Positions 1 to 10,585 of a DNA stretch of 64,000 bases are shown piece by piece (the first letter of the stretch is position 1; the number at the start of each line of letters is the position of its first letter). Made by a program: the position numbers and the translations under genes. The notes beneath the pieces are model-generated. The model did no database searches. It was not told where the DNA came from and worked only from the letters and a program-made list of their open reading frames with translations. The stretch comes from an uncultured archaeon (lineage in GTDB: Archaea; EX4484-52; JAADEF01): the NCBI GenBank assembly GCA_964407715.1, contig CAYOWP010000001.1, positions 62,652 through 126,651 of the forward strand, written 5' to 3'.

Positions 1-186
1 AATCAATAAAGAAGCGCTTACCTGACTTATTACACATCCTTTTCCATCAAAACATGCATCCACAACAGTATCATTATGCACATCCAAAAATATCTCAACC
101 TCATCCCCACACAGATTGTTAGTATCTTTTGCGTGATAATCCCATATTTCTTTTCGTCTTTTATTTTTCTTTATTAACTCTTCCAT
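1..186 (-). CDS. SufU/IscU-like Fe-S cluster scaffold (runs off window edge)
   Basis: Manual translation from ATG 186: MEELIKK...TNNLCGDEVEIFL...FDGKGCVISQVSAS, the NifU_N-type CGD and GC.IS motifs. Confidence 0.8.
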   Translation of the reverse strand, partial: MEELIKKNKRRKEIWDYHAKDTNNLCGDEVEIFLDVHNDTVVDACFDGKGCVISQVSASLLI

Positions 187-284
187 TTAAACACCTCTGA
201 TATTTATCTTGGAAGTACTATTTTCAAAAATTTTTTAAAATCAAAAATTTTTAATTTTTATTAAAAACTAAAAAGGGAATCTAT

Positions 285-788
285 ATGGAGGAAAAAGAAT
301 TAGGTTTAAAAGTTTTATCCTTATTAGAAAAAATTGCTAAGCAATGGGGCTTAGGAAAACCTGTTGGTAGGGTATGGGGTTTTTTGGTATTTGAATCAAA
401 ACCTGTAACTCAAAAGAGAATAGAGGAATGTGTAGGATATAGTAGAGGTTTGGTTAGTATATGCTTGAAGAAGTTGAGAGAAGTAGGGCTAATCAATGTA
501 AAAAAAGAAGGTAAGGAAATGCTATATGAAGCAAATACATCTTTAATTGATGGATTTGAAAAGGTAGTGATGTATTTTCTTGAAAATGAGATTAAACCTT
601 TAATTAAGTATCTCTCTGATAACATAGATAAGATAAAAGATCCTGCATTAAAATCCAGAGCAAGTAATGCGATTCAGGAGTATGAAAAATTAAAGATAGG
701 AATCATGATTTTCTCGCGTAAAATGAAAAAGGTTTCTTCGTTTAGTGTTGAAACCTTAAAAGACATAGCCAAACTTCATGATCAATAA
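285..788 (+). CDS. GbsR/MarR-family winged-helix transcriptional regulator
   Basis: WGLGKPVGRVWGFL and SRGLVSICLKKL wHTH; heads an ABC exporter operon. Confidence 0.75.
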   Translation: MEEKELGLKVLSLLEKIAKQWGLGKPVGRVWGFLVFESKPVTQKRIEECVGYSRGLVSICLKKLREVGLINVKKEGKEMLYEANTSLIDGFEKVVMYFLENEIKPLIKYLSDNIDKIKDPALKSRASNAIQEYEKLKIGIMIFSRKMKKVSSFSVETLKDIAKLHDQ

Positions 789-803
789 AAGGAGGTGTTA
801 AGG

Positions 804-1973
804 ATGAGGGAAAGTAAAGAAATGTTGCTCAAGGGAATGGTGGTGCTAATAATAGCAGTGGCATTTTTTGGGTGTCTTTCCATGCATACAGCATATGCTG
901 ATACTGAAGATTATGGAGATGCTGATATAATTGTCGAGGACATATATCCTAATATCATATATCCTGGAGATATGTTTGATATCTATTTTAGGATCATCAA
1001 TGAGGGCACGGATGACATTACTTTAAAAGATGTGAACATTACTCTTCCTGCAGGATTTGAGGTAATCTCCAAGGATCCGCTGGATGTTTCAAGGGTTTTG
1101 TGTGGTAAATGTTCATTACAAATGCATTACTCTCTTAAGACCTTGCCTTCAATAGATGTTGGCAAGCATACCATTGAATTTAATATCATCACAAAGGATT
1201 ATACTTTAAAGAAGGAATATCTCATTGAGATACAAGGCGATGAAGACATTTTTGTGAGTGTGTTATCTGCAAAAGGAAAAATTAATGGAGATGGAGAGAT
1301 AGAGTTGGTTTTGTCTAACATAGGAGATGTTGATTTAAAGGATATTAAAGTTTATATTAATGATGCGAACATCAAAATAAAGAACGCATCCTTCATTTAT
1401 ATACCTTTACTTAAAAAAGGTGAAGAAAAAAGAATCGTTATACCTGTTACTTTAACAAAAGACGTTAAAGAAGGAAAATATCATTTAAATATGAACATTA
1501 CATATAAAGGAAGAAAACTTAATACCAACATATATTCCATATCTTTTAATGTTTTGCCGAATGTTGAGCTGTATGTCTCTTCTATTTCTTTGGTGGAGAG
1601 ACCAATCATAGGAAAAAGTACAGATTTGGTTATTAGGGTAGAGAATACTGGATATGGAAAGGCAAAGAACATAAGAATTTTGCTTGAAGGAGATGTAGAA
1701 ATGGTGCAAAATGAATATTACTTAGGGGAACTTGAAAGTGAAGAGGATTCTTCGGCTGTGTTTACTATTACACCTTTAAAGAGAAAATCTACACTCACTT
1801 ATAAGATAGTGTATAAGGAAGGTGATGAAGAGAAATCATTTGAGGGCACATTTACATTTAATTCTTTTATAGAGAGCCGTACCATATTTTGGATTGTTAT
1901 AGGAATAGCTTTAGTGATTGTGCTATTGATTGTCTATAAGATATATAAACATAAAAAAGAGGAAAAGGAATAA
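804..1973 (+). CDS. COG1361-like S-layer/CARDB-domain exported protein with C-terminal TM helix
   Basis: Signal peptide, repeated Ig-like motifs (NIGDVDLKDI, NTGYGKAKNI, YLGEL), C-terminal TM plus basic tail; ATG 804 follows GGAGG. Confidence 0.7.
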   Translation: MRESKEMLLKGMVVLIIAVAFFGCLSMHTAYADTEDYGDADIIVEDIYPNIIYPGDMFDIYFRIINEGTDDITLKDVNITLPAGFEVISKDPLDVSRVLCGKCSLQMHYSLKTLPSIDVGKHTIEFNIITKDYTLKKEYLIEIQGDEDIFVSVLSAKGKINGDGEIELVLSNIGDVDLKDIKVYINDANIKIKNASFIYIPLLKKGEEKRIVIPVTLTKDVKEGKYHLNMNITYKGRKLNTNIYSISFNVLPNVELYVSSISLVERPIIGKSTDLVIRVENTGYGKAKNIRILLEGDVEMVQNEYYLGELESEEDSSAVFTITPLKRKSTLTYKIVYKEGDEEKSFEGTFTFNSFIESRTIFWIVIGIALVIVLLIVYKIYKHKKEEKE

Positions 1974-1996
1974 CAAATCTTTGAAAAGATAAGAGG

Positions 1997-3223
1997 ATGA
2001 AGAGCATGGCATATAAATATAGAAAGGATTTAAGAGTTGCTGCATTTTTAGCATATAAAAGTTTATTATTCAACAAAAAAAGTTTGTTTTTAATTTCATG
2101 TATAATAGGGCTAACATATTTGAGCGGTATATTTATTGGTGGTGTGATATATGGTATGAAGTTACGTGTAGAAAGAGAAGCAATAGATACTACATTAGGG
2201 AATATTATGCTTTTACCAAAGGAAAAAGAGGAATACATATATGATGTTGATGAAATATTGAAGAAGCTAACAGGAATTCCGGGGATTATTGCTGTCTCTC
2301 CAAGATTTATAATGCCTGCAACATTAATGGATAAGGATGGAAAAACAACAACAGTATTTCTAACAGTGGTAGAGCCTGAAAAGGAAAGGAAGGTTAATTA
2401 CGCGTTTGATAACATTATTGAAGGAAAGTGCCTCTCTAAAGGAACACAAGATGGCATAATGATAGGAGGAGTAGTAACAAAGAAATATGGTATTTTTGAA
2501 TCTGTTGAGAAGATAGATGTTTCTGCTGGGGATAAAGTTAAGGTAATTACTCCTTTTGGTGAGAGAGAAATGAAAATCTTGGGTATTTTTAAAGCAGATT
2601 TGATGGATGTAGAGCTATATACCTATGTTAATAAGGAGCAAGTAAGAAGAGTATTTAATTTAAATCCTGAAGACTTAAATGTTGCTACGCAAATAGTAAT
2701 CAAGACAGGAAAAAATGTAGATGAGAAGAAAATGGTAAAGATTCTTAAGCAATTAGGGATAGATGCTAGGATACATACATGGAAAGAAGAATTGGGTATA
2801 TTGGATCAGTTTACAGGTAGTTTGATGATCATGAATAAAATAGCAATAATTGTTAGTATTATTGTTGCTTTTGGAACAATATATATTATAATGTATATCA
2901 ATGCATTACAAAAGAGATCACAACTAGGTATTCTAAAAGCTGTGGGAATAAAGAGCAATGTTATTATTCTTTCATATACACTTCAAGCATTTATATATGG
3001 GTTGTGCGGTATATTAGCAGGGCTTATATTGATAAAGTTGGCAGTTAAATACTTCACTTTCTATCCTATTCATACTCCAATTGGAGGAGTAACTCCAGTA
3101 ATCCAAATGGATGTTATGTGTTTTAATGCCTTATTTATATTACTTTCCAGTATATTTGCTGGATATTTTGCCTCGAGAGGTATTGTTCATGAGAGAATAC
3201 TTGATATGATATTCAAAGGATGA
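1997..3223 (+). CDS. ABC transporter permease, FtsX/LolE/MacB type
   Basis: N-terminal TM, large extracellular loop, LGILKAVG motif and three C-terminal TMs. Confidence 0.85.
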   Translation: MKSMAYKYRKDLRVAAFLAYKSLLFNKKSLFLISCIIGLTYLSGIFIGGVIYGMKLRVEREAIDTTLGNIMLLPKEKEEYIYDVDEILKKLTGIPGIIAVSPRFIMPATLMDKDGKTTTVFLTVVEPEKERKVNYAFDNIIEGKCLSKGTQDGIMIGGVVTKKYGIFESVEKIDVSAGDKVKVITPFGEREMKILGIFKADLMDVELYTYVNKEQVRRVFNLNPEDLNVATQIVIKTGKNVDEKKMVKILKQLGIDARIHTWKEELGILDQFTGSLMIMNKIAIIVSIIVAFGTIYIIMYINALQKRSQLGILKAVGIKSNVIILSYTLQAFIYGLCGILAGLILIKLAVKYFTFYPIHTPIGGVTPVIQMDVMCFNALFILLSSIFAGYFASRGIVHERILDMIFKG

Positions 3224-3942
3224 TGATTATGCAAAAAGGGAAAACTAAGGAAAATGTTATTGTTAAGGTACGTAATTTAAAAAGATATTATGGTAAAGGT
3301 AGCGCCTTAACTAAGGCCTTGGATGGAGTTGATTTTGAGATTTATAAAGGAGAGTTTTTAGGGATCATGGGCCCTAGTGGTTCTGGCAAATCTACTCTTT
3401 TACATTTATTAGGCTTATTGGATAAGCCTACGGATGGAGAGATTTATTTTTTAGGAGAGAGAATTGATACATTACCTGAGCATAAAAAAACAAGATTTAG
3501 GTTGGAAAAGATTGGTTATGTTTTTCAACAATACCGATTGATACCAGAGTTAAGGGCATATGAGAATGTTATGCTTCCTTTTGTTATGCGAACAGGAGAT
3601 TTTATAAAAGCCAAGAAATGCGCGATAGAGATATTAAAGAAAGTAGGTATTGGATATGTGTGGGATCACTATCCATTTGAGCTTTCAGGTGGTGAACAGC
3701 AAAGGGTTGCTATAGCAAGGGCATTGGTTAATGATCCTGTTATTATATATGCGGATGAACCTACAGCAAGTCTTGATACGAATTCTGGTGAAATAATAAT
3801 GAATCTTTTTATGGAAATAAATAAGAAGTATAATCATACTGTAGTGGTTGTAAGTCATGAGCCAGAGCACAAACGATATTTTGATAGAATCATCTACATT
3901 AGAAATGGTAAAATAGAGAGGATTGAGAGGAGAAAAGGATAG
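3220..3942 (+). CDS. ABC transporter ATP-binding subunit, LolD/MacB type
   Basis: GPSGSGKST, LSGGEQQRVAIARAL, ADEPT, SH switch. Confidence 0.92.
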   Translation: MMIMQKGKTKENVIVKVRNLKRYYGKGSALTKALDGVDFEIYKGEFLGIMGPSGSGKSTLLHLLGLLDKPTDGEIYFLGERIDTLPEHKKTRFRLEKIGYVFQQYRLIPELRAYENVMLPFVMRTGDFIKAKKCAIEILKKVGIGYVWDHYPFELSGGEQQRVAIARALVNDPVIIYADEPTASLDTNSGEIIMNLFMEINKKYNHTVVVVSHEPEHKRYFDRIIYIRNGKIERIERRKG

Positions 3943-3991
3943 CCACTTCTTTTCACGAATCTATTAAAAATTATCTTATTAAACTAATATT

Positions 3992-4503
3992 ATGGTGCGA
4001 ATTTTGATTTTTGGAGATAGTATAGCATATGGAGCTTGTGATAAAGAGGGAGGATGGGTTCAAAGGTTAAGAAAATTTTTTGATGAAAATTATGAAGATT
4101 ATCTAATTTATAATTTAAGTATTTCTGGCGATACTACAGAGGAGTTAATTAAAAGATTTGAATTTGAAGCAAAACAACGATTAAAGGAAAAAGATGAAAC
4201 AATTATAATTTTTGCTATTGGGATAAATGATTCTCAGTTTGTTCATAGTAAAAATAAAAATAGAATAGCATTGGAAAAATTCAAAGAAAATCTTCGAAAA
4301 TTAATTCAACTTGCTAAGAAATTTTCCTCAAAAATTATTTTTGTTGGTTTGACTCCTGTTGATGAAACAAAAACAACACCAATCATTTGGGATATAAATA
4401 AATTATACAAAAATGAATACATTCAAAAATAAATTCAGAAGGGCATCAGAAAATTTTTGAAATTGTAAAGGATTTCATGGTTGAAAGATTACTTTCTTCA
4501 TAA
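3992..4503 (+). pseudogene. SGNH/GDSL hydrolase with an internal deletion and frameshift
   Basis: FGDS and IGIND blocks present; stop at 4432; C-terminal NSEGHQKIFEIVKDF...* resumes in another frame (4432-4503); catalytic DxxH missing. Confidence 0.75.
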
Positions 4504-4585
4504 TCGCTATGAAGTGTTAAACCGCTATAAGTGCTATTTGCGTGTTATGTTTCCGCTTAACAATAGAGAATTATTGGACAATGCC
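4504..4585. mobile_element. MITE-family right end (solo TIR plus arm)
   Basis: 4521-4585 is a near-identical reverse complement of 17472-17536 and ends in GAATTATTGGACAATGCC. Confidence 0.8.
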
Positions 4586-4641
4586 TTTTTGAACCTTTAT
4601 CTAAAAAAGTTATAAATATTTTCATTAATAAAATTATTTTT

Positions 4642-5496
4642 ATGCCTAAGAAAATTGCATTTAAAAAGGTGAGATTTGGGACTGCAGGTATACCTTTGAG
4701 TACAGAAAATCCCTCTACTGAGAGAGGAATTGAAAAGGTAAGAGAATTGAATCTTGATGCCATGGAGTTAGAGTTTGTGAGAGGCATAAATGTTACAATA
4801 GAGAAAGCGAAAATTATAAAGAAGATAGCAGAGGAAAATGATGTAGTTCTTACAGCACATGGTCCATACTATATTAACCTTAATGCAAGCGAGGAAAAGA
4901 AGTGGTATGCTAGTATTGAGAGAATAATCAACTCTGCAAAAATTCTGCATTATGCTGGTGGATACAGTGTGGTATTTCATCCAGCATATTATATGAAAAG
5001 CACAAAGGAAGAAGCTTATAAAAAGGTTAGGGATGCATTAAATATTGTGGTTGAAACCATAAAAAAAGAGAGATATGATGTTTGGATTAGACCAGAAACA
5101 ATGGGAAAGCCAACACAATTTGGTGATCTTGATGAACTAATTTCTTTAAGTAAAGAACTTGAAGGTTATGTTTTACCAGTAATAGATTTTGCTCATTTGC
5201 ATGCAAGATACAATGGATTTTTCAAGAGTTATGAGGATTTTGCTAAGATATTTGAGAGATTGGAAAATGAGTTGGGAAAATATGCATTAAAAAATATGCA
5301 CATCCATATTTCTGGTATTGAATACAATGAGAAAGGAGAAAAAAGACATCTAAATCTCAAAGAAAGTGATTTGTTGTATAAGGCATTTGTGGAGGCTTTG
5401 ATTAATTATGATGTTAGAGGAGTTGTGATAAGCGAATCTCCAAACATAGAGGGAGATGCTTTGTTACTTAAAAAGGAATATGAATCATTACTTTAA
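4642..5496 (+). CDS. nfo: Endonuclease IV (AP endonuclease family 2)
   Basis: HGPYYINL, VVFHPA, PETMGK, DFAHLHAR, HIHISG, RHL metal ligands. Confidence 0.88.
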   Translation: MPKKIAFKKVRFGTAGIPLSTENPSTERGIEKVRELNLDAMELEFVRGINVTIEKAKIIKKIAEENDVVLTAHGPYYINLNASEEKKWYASIERIINSAKILHYAGGYSVVFHPAYYMKSTKEEAYKKVRDALNIVVETIKKERYDVWIRPETMGKPTQFGDLDELISLSKELEGYVLPVIDFAHLHARYNGFFKSYEDFAKIFERLENELGKYALKNMHIHISGIEYNEKGEKRHLNLKESDLLYKAFVEALINYDVRGVVISESPNIEGDALLLKKEYESLL

Positions 5497-5508
5497 GGGT
5501 TTGATATC

Positions 5509-6879
5509 ATGAGTATATATGCGTTCTGTGTTACAGAAAAATTGGAAATAGATTGGATTGATGACGAGGAGATTAAGAAAAAAATACGATGGTATTTCTC
5601 AAAAATTGTAAAAAGAAAAAGCATAGAGATATTTGAAAGCGCGGAAAATGTTTATGTAATTGCATATATAGAAAAGTTAAACACCATATCTTTGATGAAG
5701 AAATTTGGGGAGCTTGTGAGATTTGTTGATGGAAAATTTGAGGAAACACCAAAAATAGTGATAGATAACTTGGATGTGGATAAAGATTTTATTTATGAGA
5801 TTGTTCAGTTGAGTAGATACAAATACTTTTCAAATAAAAGAGAAATCATACCTCTCAAGATAATACTAAAAAACGGCTCTCCATACAGGAATAAGGAGAT
5901 AGATAATATTGTGGAGTGTGTATATAGAGCCAGAGATATAGTGAACCTTTCTTTGGCTGAGAAGTCTCCTTTAAGGGTTGTTGAAGAAGTAAAAAAGGAT
6001 ATTCAAGGACTATCCAACATAAATATAAAGATAATTCGTGGAAAGGAATTGATAAAGGAGAAGCTTAATTTAGTATATGAGGTGGGCAAAGGAAGCGATA
6101 ATGAGCCATGCGTTTTAATTTTGGAATATTTACCTTTAAAAAAGAATGAGGTGGATTTTGCTATTGTTGGTAAAGGAGTGGTATTTGATGCAGGAGGATA
6201 TAACATCAAACTAAAAATGATGGAGGAAATGAGATTTGATCTCTCTGGAGGAGTAGCAGCGCTCTATTCATTAATTGGTTTGGCAAGGAAAGAAATTAAG
6301 AAGAACGTTATATGCGCAGTACCTCTTGTTGAAAATCTTGTTTCTGGAGGGAGCTATAAGCCTGGAGATGTTCTTTTTGCATATAACGGAAAATCTGTTG
6401 AGATAGCAAATACTGATGCAGAGGGAAGGCTAATACTTGCTGATGTCATTGCATATGTGCAAGAGAAATATAGGATTAGGTGCTTGATTGATATTGCATC
6501 TTTAACGCTTGCATGCATGATTGCATTAGGTAGAGATATTGCAGGTATAATGGGTAATGATAAAGAACTAATCAAAAAGTTTATGGAAGTAGGGGAGAGA
6601 ATAGGAGAGAATGTTTGGGAATTTCCATTGATAGAGGAATATTTTGCGAATATGCTTGAGAGCAAGATTGCTGATATAAGAAGCTTACCATATGATCCAT
6701 GGGCAGGGTCTATAATAGGAGGTATGTTTTTGAAATTTTTTGTTAATAAGAATATAAGATGGGTGCACTTAGATATAGCAGGACCTTGCTATACAACAAA
6801 ACCAAAATTTATATATTCTGCAGGTGCAACAGGTTTTGGAGTGAGATTATTAACAAAGGTTATTGAGGAGGAAAGGTAG
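5509..6879 (+). CDS. pepA: Leucyl aminopeptidase (M17)
   Basis: VGKGVVFDAGG, NTDAEGRL, WVHLDIAG motifs. Confidence 0.92.
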   Translation: MSIYAFCVTEKLEIDWIDDEEIKKKIRWYFSKIVKRKSIEIFESAENVYVIAYIEKLNTISLMKKFGELVRFVDGKFEETPKIVIDNLDVDKDFIYEIVQLSRYKYFSNKREIIPLKIILKNGSPYRNKEIDNIVECVYRARDIVNLSLAEKSPLRVVEEVKKDIQGLSNINIKIIRGKELIKEKLNLVYEVGKGSDNEPCVLILEYLPLKKNEVDFAIVGKGVVFDAGGYNIKLKMMEEMRFDLSGGVAALYSLIGLARKEIKKNVICAVPLVENLVSGGSYKPGDVLFAYNGKSVEIANTDAEGRLILADVIAYVQEKYRIRCLIDIASLTLACMIALGRDIAGIMGNDKELIKKFMEVGERIGENVWEFPLIEEYFANMLESKIADIRSLPYDPWAGSIIGGMFLKFFVNKNIRWVHLDIAGPCYTTKPKFIYSAGATGFGVRLLTKVIEEER

Positions 6880-6886
6880 AGGTTTT

Positions 6887-8269
6887 ATGGGCAGTGAGCA
6901 TTTTAGTTTGTCTTTTATTTTCTTTATTATTGTGATAATGATAATGCTTTTTATAGAGAAAAAGAACTTTAAGAGAGAGGGAATAGTGTTTCTAAGAAGG
7001 AGCTCTAAAGGTTTAGCATTTTTGAAAAAACTTTCTAAGAAGTATGGGAGAATAATAAATTATCTTGGCGATTTTGCCGTGGTTTTGAGTTATGGTTTGT
7101 TCTCATGGAGATATATATTCAAAGAAAGCAAAAATAAGAGATATGCCTTTTGCTTATTAGCAATATATTTCTTTATAGCGTGGTTGGTGTATGATCACTT
7201 TAAGTTCTTGGAATCTGCCATACTTGGGATATGGAACTCAGAAAGATATTCCTCCTTAATTATTAATATATCAAGATTATTTGGATATGGGCTTGGAATA
7301 GGAGGTTTAGCTTTTTTCTTACTTTCAATAGGCTCTTTCTCCATTCTTTACAATTCTTTGTTCCTCCTTAAAGAGGTGCAACCTCCTCTTCAAATAGTTC
7401 TTCCTATAAGTGTTCCATCAAAATACAATCTTCCAGTCCTAAGCGTGCCATTTGATAAATGGCTTATAAGTGTGGTTGTGCTTGTAATAGTGCATGAATT
7501 CGCTCATGCGATAATGTCAGCATCCAACAATATTAGGGTTAAGAGTGTTGGTTATGGATTTATGCTGTTTTTGCCTTTAGGATTTGCAGAGCCTGATGAG
7601 AGACAATTAAAAAAGAGCAAACTCATTAATAAGCTCCGCGTCTATGCTGCAGGGAGTTTCTCAAATTTTATTTTTGCATTAATATTTGGCCTTCTTTTTA
7701 TTCCTTTTAATTTTGGGTTAAAGCATATGGATGTATATGAGTTTCAGGGAATATGCTATAATGGACTTGTAAAGTGGACCAATGCACCATCAGTATTGCC
7801 TGTTAATGGAACTATAACCCACATTGATGGAGTACAATTGCATAATTTCACTCATTTTGCAAAAGTTTTGAATTCATATCATCCTGGCGAGAATATAACA
7901 CTCACAATAAATGGCACCAACTATACTGTTACCTTATGTGAAAGTCCTAAGAATTCATCTTTGCCTTTTATAGGGATAATGCATGTAGGAGAGAGATATG
8001 AGATGAAGGAAGATGTAAAAAACAATCTTCTTAAGAAAATAACCTTCTATCTTCTCCTTTATTTTGGTTCTTTATTTATGTGGATAAGTCTGCTCAATTT
8101 AGGTATAGGAATCGCGAACTTACTTCCATTAATACCACTAGATGGAGGGCTTATGATTAAGGAAATGTTGGAAAGGCATAGAGCAATATATCTTACTATC
8201 TTTATCTTGACTTTCCTTCTATTAGTCTTTTCTTTGTTTGGTAAATTTATCATCAAGATATTCCTATGA
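6887..8269 (+). CDS. Site-2 membrane metalloprotease (M50) with PDZ-like insert
   Basis: HEFAH, AGSFSN, NLLPLIPLDGG; multiple TMs. Confidence 0.88.
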   Translation: MGSEHFSLSFIFFIIVIMIMLFIEKKNFKREGIVFLRRSSKGLAFLKKLSKKYGRIINYLGDFAVVLSYGLFSWRYIFKESKNKRYAFCLLAIYFFIAWLVYDHFKFLESAILGIWNSERYSSLIINISRLFGYGLGIGGLAFFLLSIGSFSILYNSLFLLKEVQPPLQIVLPISVPSKYNLPVLSVPFDKWLISVVVLVIVHEFAHAIMSASNNIRVKSVGYGFMLFLPLGFAEPDERQLKKSKLINKLRVYAAGSFSNFIFALIFGLLFIPFNFGLKHMDVYEFQGICYNGLVKWTNAPSVLPVNGTITHIDGVQLHNFTHFAKVLNSYHPGENITLTINGTNYTVTLCESPKNSSLPFIGIMHVGERYEMKEDVKNNLLKKITFYLLLYFGSLFMWISLLNLGIGIANLLPLIPLDGGLMIKEMLERHRAIYLTIFILTFLLLVFSLFGKFIIKIFL

Positions 8270-9703
8270 AGGCCTGGGTATTCGTGCTCCTTCATCTCTT
8301 AAGTGCCTCAATATCTCAATACCATAACGATACACAAGATTATTTAAAAGTGCTTCTGAGTTGTCCATCATCTTAATCTCTTCCTTTATGATTTTTGGAT
8401 CAACATATCCAAAATAATCCAAGGCTATTTTTAATTCTTTATGTTTTTTGGCATACTTTGGAAGAGCAATACATTTTGCTATTGCATCTGCTGCCTGTCT
8501 AAAAGACTTTGCCCCTCCCTCCACACCTAATGGATGGCCATGTACTCCACCACCTCCTTGAAATACAAAATCTTTGCCATGAATAACACTCAAAGCATCC
8601 CCCTTGCCGGCATCTAACCCACCAGATGCTACTGGCATGACAGGCTTAATATGAGGAGAATACTTAAAATCCAAACATCCCAAGTATGGTATTTTTCTAA
8701 CTTTTCTGTTTACTGCTAACTCATGAAGATATGATATGTATTTTGATGACCCCTCCATTTTGCCAACGCCTGTACCAATATGAAGCTGATCAACACCAAG
8801 CATTCTGTATATCTTAAGCAAAATCTTGAAATCATATCCATACACTCCTCTATGCATAGCAGCATATCCTGCTCTATGTGCATGAACTATCAATCTTTTC
8901 TTATGCGCATATTTCACAAGCTCATAAGTTAAAGCAAACCCTAACATGAACACATCAAGCATTACACATTTTCCTCCTCTTTCTGCAATATAATCTATTC
9001 TCTCGTACATTCTATGAATGTCTTGATCAGTGATATTGCTTGCGTAGAGCTTCCTCTCGCCGGTTTTGTTCTCGGCTTTTGACATCTTATCAAAAACCAA
9101 ATCAAAGCGATCCCTCCATCTGCAAAAATCTTGATCAACTAAATTCTCATCATCCTTTACAAAATCCATGCCATTAACATAGCATTTATATGCCACGTCA
9201 CTCCATTCCTCTGGACTTAATCCAACCTTTGGTTTAACAATCGTACCAACATGAGGTCTCCTTGTTTTTGTTGTGCCTATATACTTTCTAATACCATCTA
9301 ATCCATATTTTGGACCCGGAAACATATTTTGGAATCTTTTTGGAAACTTTATGTCAAGAATCATCAATTCCTCTATTTCTTTTAAACCATATACATTGCC
9401 CAAGACAGAGGCAAGGAATTGTAAGAGATTCTTGCTATCAAAATGCTCGTATGGATATGCAAGATAAACAAAACCACTATTATTTTTTACATGCACAAGA
9501 TGATACACTCTTGCGCGATAATCACGAAAGATATTCTCGCTCATAGTGCTTATTTTTGTCCACGTACCTACAGAGCTCTCTGCTGCTAATCCCTCTGCCA
9601 AAACCTCCAAGGGAGCATCTCCTTTTACCCATGCCAATACCAAAAAATCGCTTTCTTTTGGTACATAATTTAAATCCAAATAAAGATATCCACCATAACT
9701 CAT
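8264..9703 (-). CDS. rbcL: RuBisCO large subunit, form III-like
   Basis: AAESSVGTW, LGN, GTIVKPKVGL, DFVKDDE, HAHRAG, QLHIGT, GKMEG, SGG, GGG: full catalytic set. Confidence 0.92.
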   Translation of the reverse strand: MSYGGYLYLDLNYVPKESDFLVLAWVKGDAPLEVLAEGLAAESSVGTWTKISTMSENIFRDYRARVYHLVHVKNNSGFVYLAYPYEHFDSKNLLQFLASVLGNVYGLKEIEELMILDIKFPKRFQNMFPGPKYGLDGIRKYIGTTKTRRPHVGTIVKPKVGLSPEEWSDVAYKCYVNGMDFVKDDENLVDQDFCRWRDRFDLVFDKMSKAENKTGERKLYASNITDQDIHRMYERIDYIAERGGKCVMLDVFMLGFALTYELVKYAHKKRLIVHAHRAGYAAMHRGVYGYDFKILLKIYRMLGVDQLHIGTGVGKMEGSSKYISYLHELAVNRKVRKIPYLGCLDFKYSPHIKPVMPVASGGLDAGKGDALSVIHGKDFVFQGGGGVHGHPLGVEGGAKSFRQAADAIAKCIALPKYAKKHKELKIALDYFGYVDPKIIKEEIKMMDNSEALLNNLVYRYGIEILRHLRDEGARIPRPS

Positions 9704-9724
9704 ATATTGCGCCTCCTTAATTAT

Positions 9725-10582
9725 TCATATTAGCTCATCAAGAGGATTCCTAACTTTTCTTAATTCCTCTAAACTAACCTTGGTATATATTTGGGTGGTT
9801 TGTAAGTTGGCATGTCCAAGGAGTTCTTGGATCTTCCTTAAACTTTCACCTTGCTCCAACAAATGTGTTGCAAATGTATGCCTGAGTACATGAGGAGTTA
9901 CCTCTTTTTGAATTGCTGCTTCTTCCCTTAATCTTTGAATAATCTTTTGAACCAATCTAACAGAAATGTGGTTTCTTTTATGCTTGGAAAAGAACACATA
10001 ATCTTCGCCAACAAGATTATGCTTGTTGAAGTATCTTCTTAGAAGATCAACAATTTTCTCTCCTAAAACGACAATACGATCTTTTTTCCCTTTTCCTCCC
10101 CTGACCCTTAAGATTCTTTCATTCAAATCAAAATCTTTAACTTTAAGATTAACCAATTCACTCACTCTTAAACCAGTGGAATAAAGGAGGAGGCATATCA
10201 TTTTGTCTCTGTCTTTTTCAGCAGTATTGATGAGCCTTTTAACCTCTTCTCGCGTTAGCACTATTGGTAGCTTTTTGTCTCTTTTTGGTGTAGGTAAATC
10301 CTCTTCGCTAATTCTAAGGTTTTTGATTCTTTTTAAGTAGAAAACGATTGCTGCTTTAACTGCAGCAATGCTTGATGGAGTATAGCCTTCTTCATCTATA
10401 AGATATGATAGAAATCTCTTTGCAGAATCTACAGATATCTTTAATCCTTTCTTTTCAATGTATCTAAGATACATATTCACATGAATAAGATATGACTTCA
10501 AGGTTTGCTCGGTATATCCACTCAACAAAATCTCTGACCTAAGCTTCTCCAATTCCTGCTGAATCCTTTTATTTGTTTCCAT
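9725..10582 (-). CDS. xerA: Tyrosine recombinase XerA
   Basis: SAM-like N-domain; TGLRVSEL, GKGKKDR, HVLRH, LGH, TTQIYT; no integron-integrase insertion. Confidence 0.88.
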   Translation of the reverse strand: METNKRIQQELEKLRSEILLSGYTEQTLKSYLIHVNMYLRYIEKKGLKISVDSAKRFLSYLIDEEGYTPSSIAAVKAAIVFYLKRIKNLRISEEDLPTPKRDKKLPIVLTREEVKRLINTAEKDRDKMICLLLYSTGLRVSELVNLKVKDFDLNERILRVRGGKGKKDRIVVLGEKIVDLLRRYFNKHNLVGEDYVFFSKHKRNHISVRLVQKIIQRLREEAAIQKEVTPHVLRHTFATHLLEQGESLRKIQELLGHANLQTTQIYTKVSLEELRKVRNPLDELI

Positions 10583-10585
10583 ATT

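Noticed and set aside
8264-9703. RuBisCO-like protein (form IV) or a Calvin cycle
   Set aside because: Catalytic motifs are complete, arguing against form IV; no phosphoribulokinase or small subunit in the window to support a Calvin cycle
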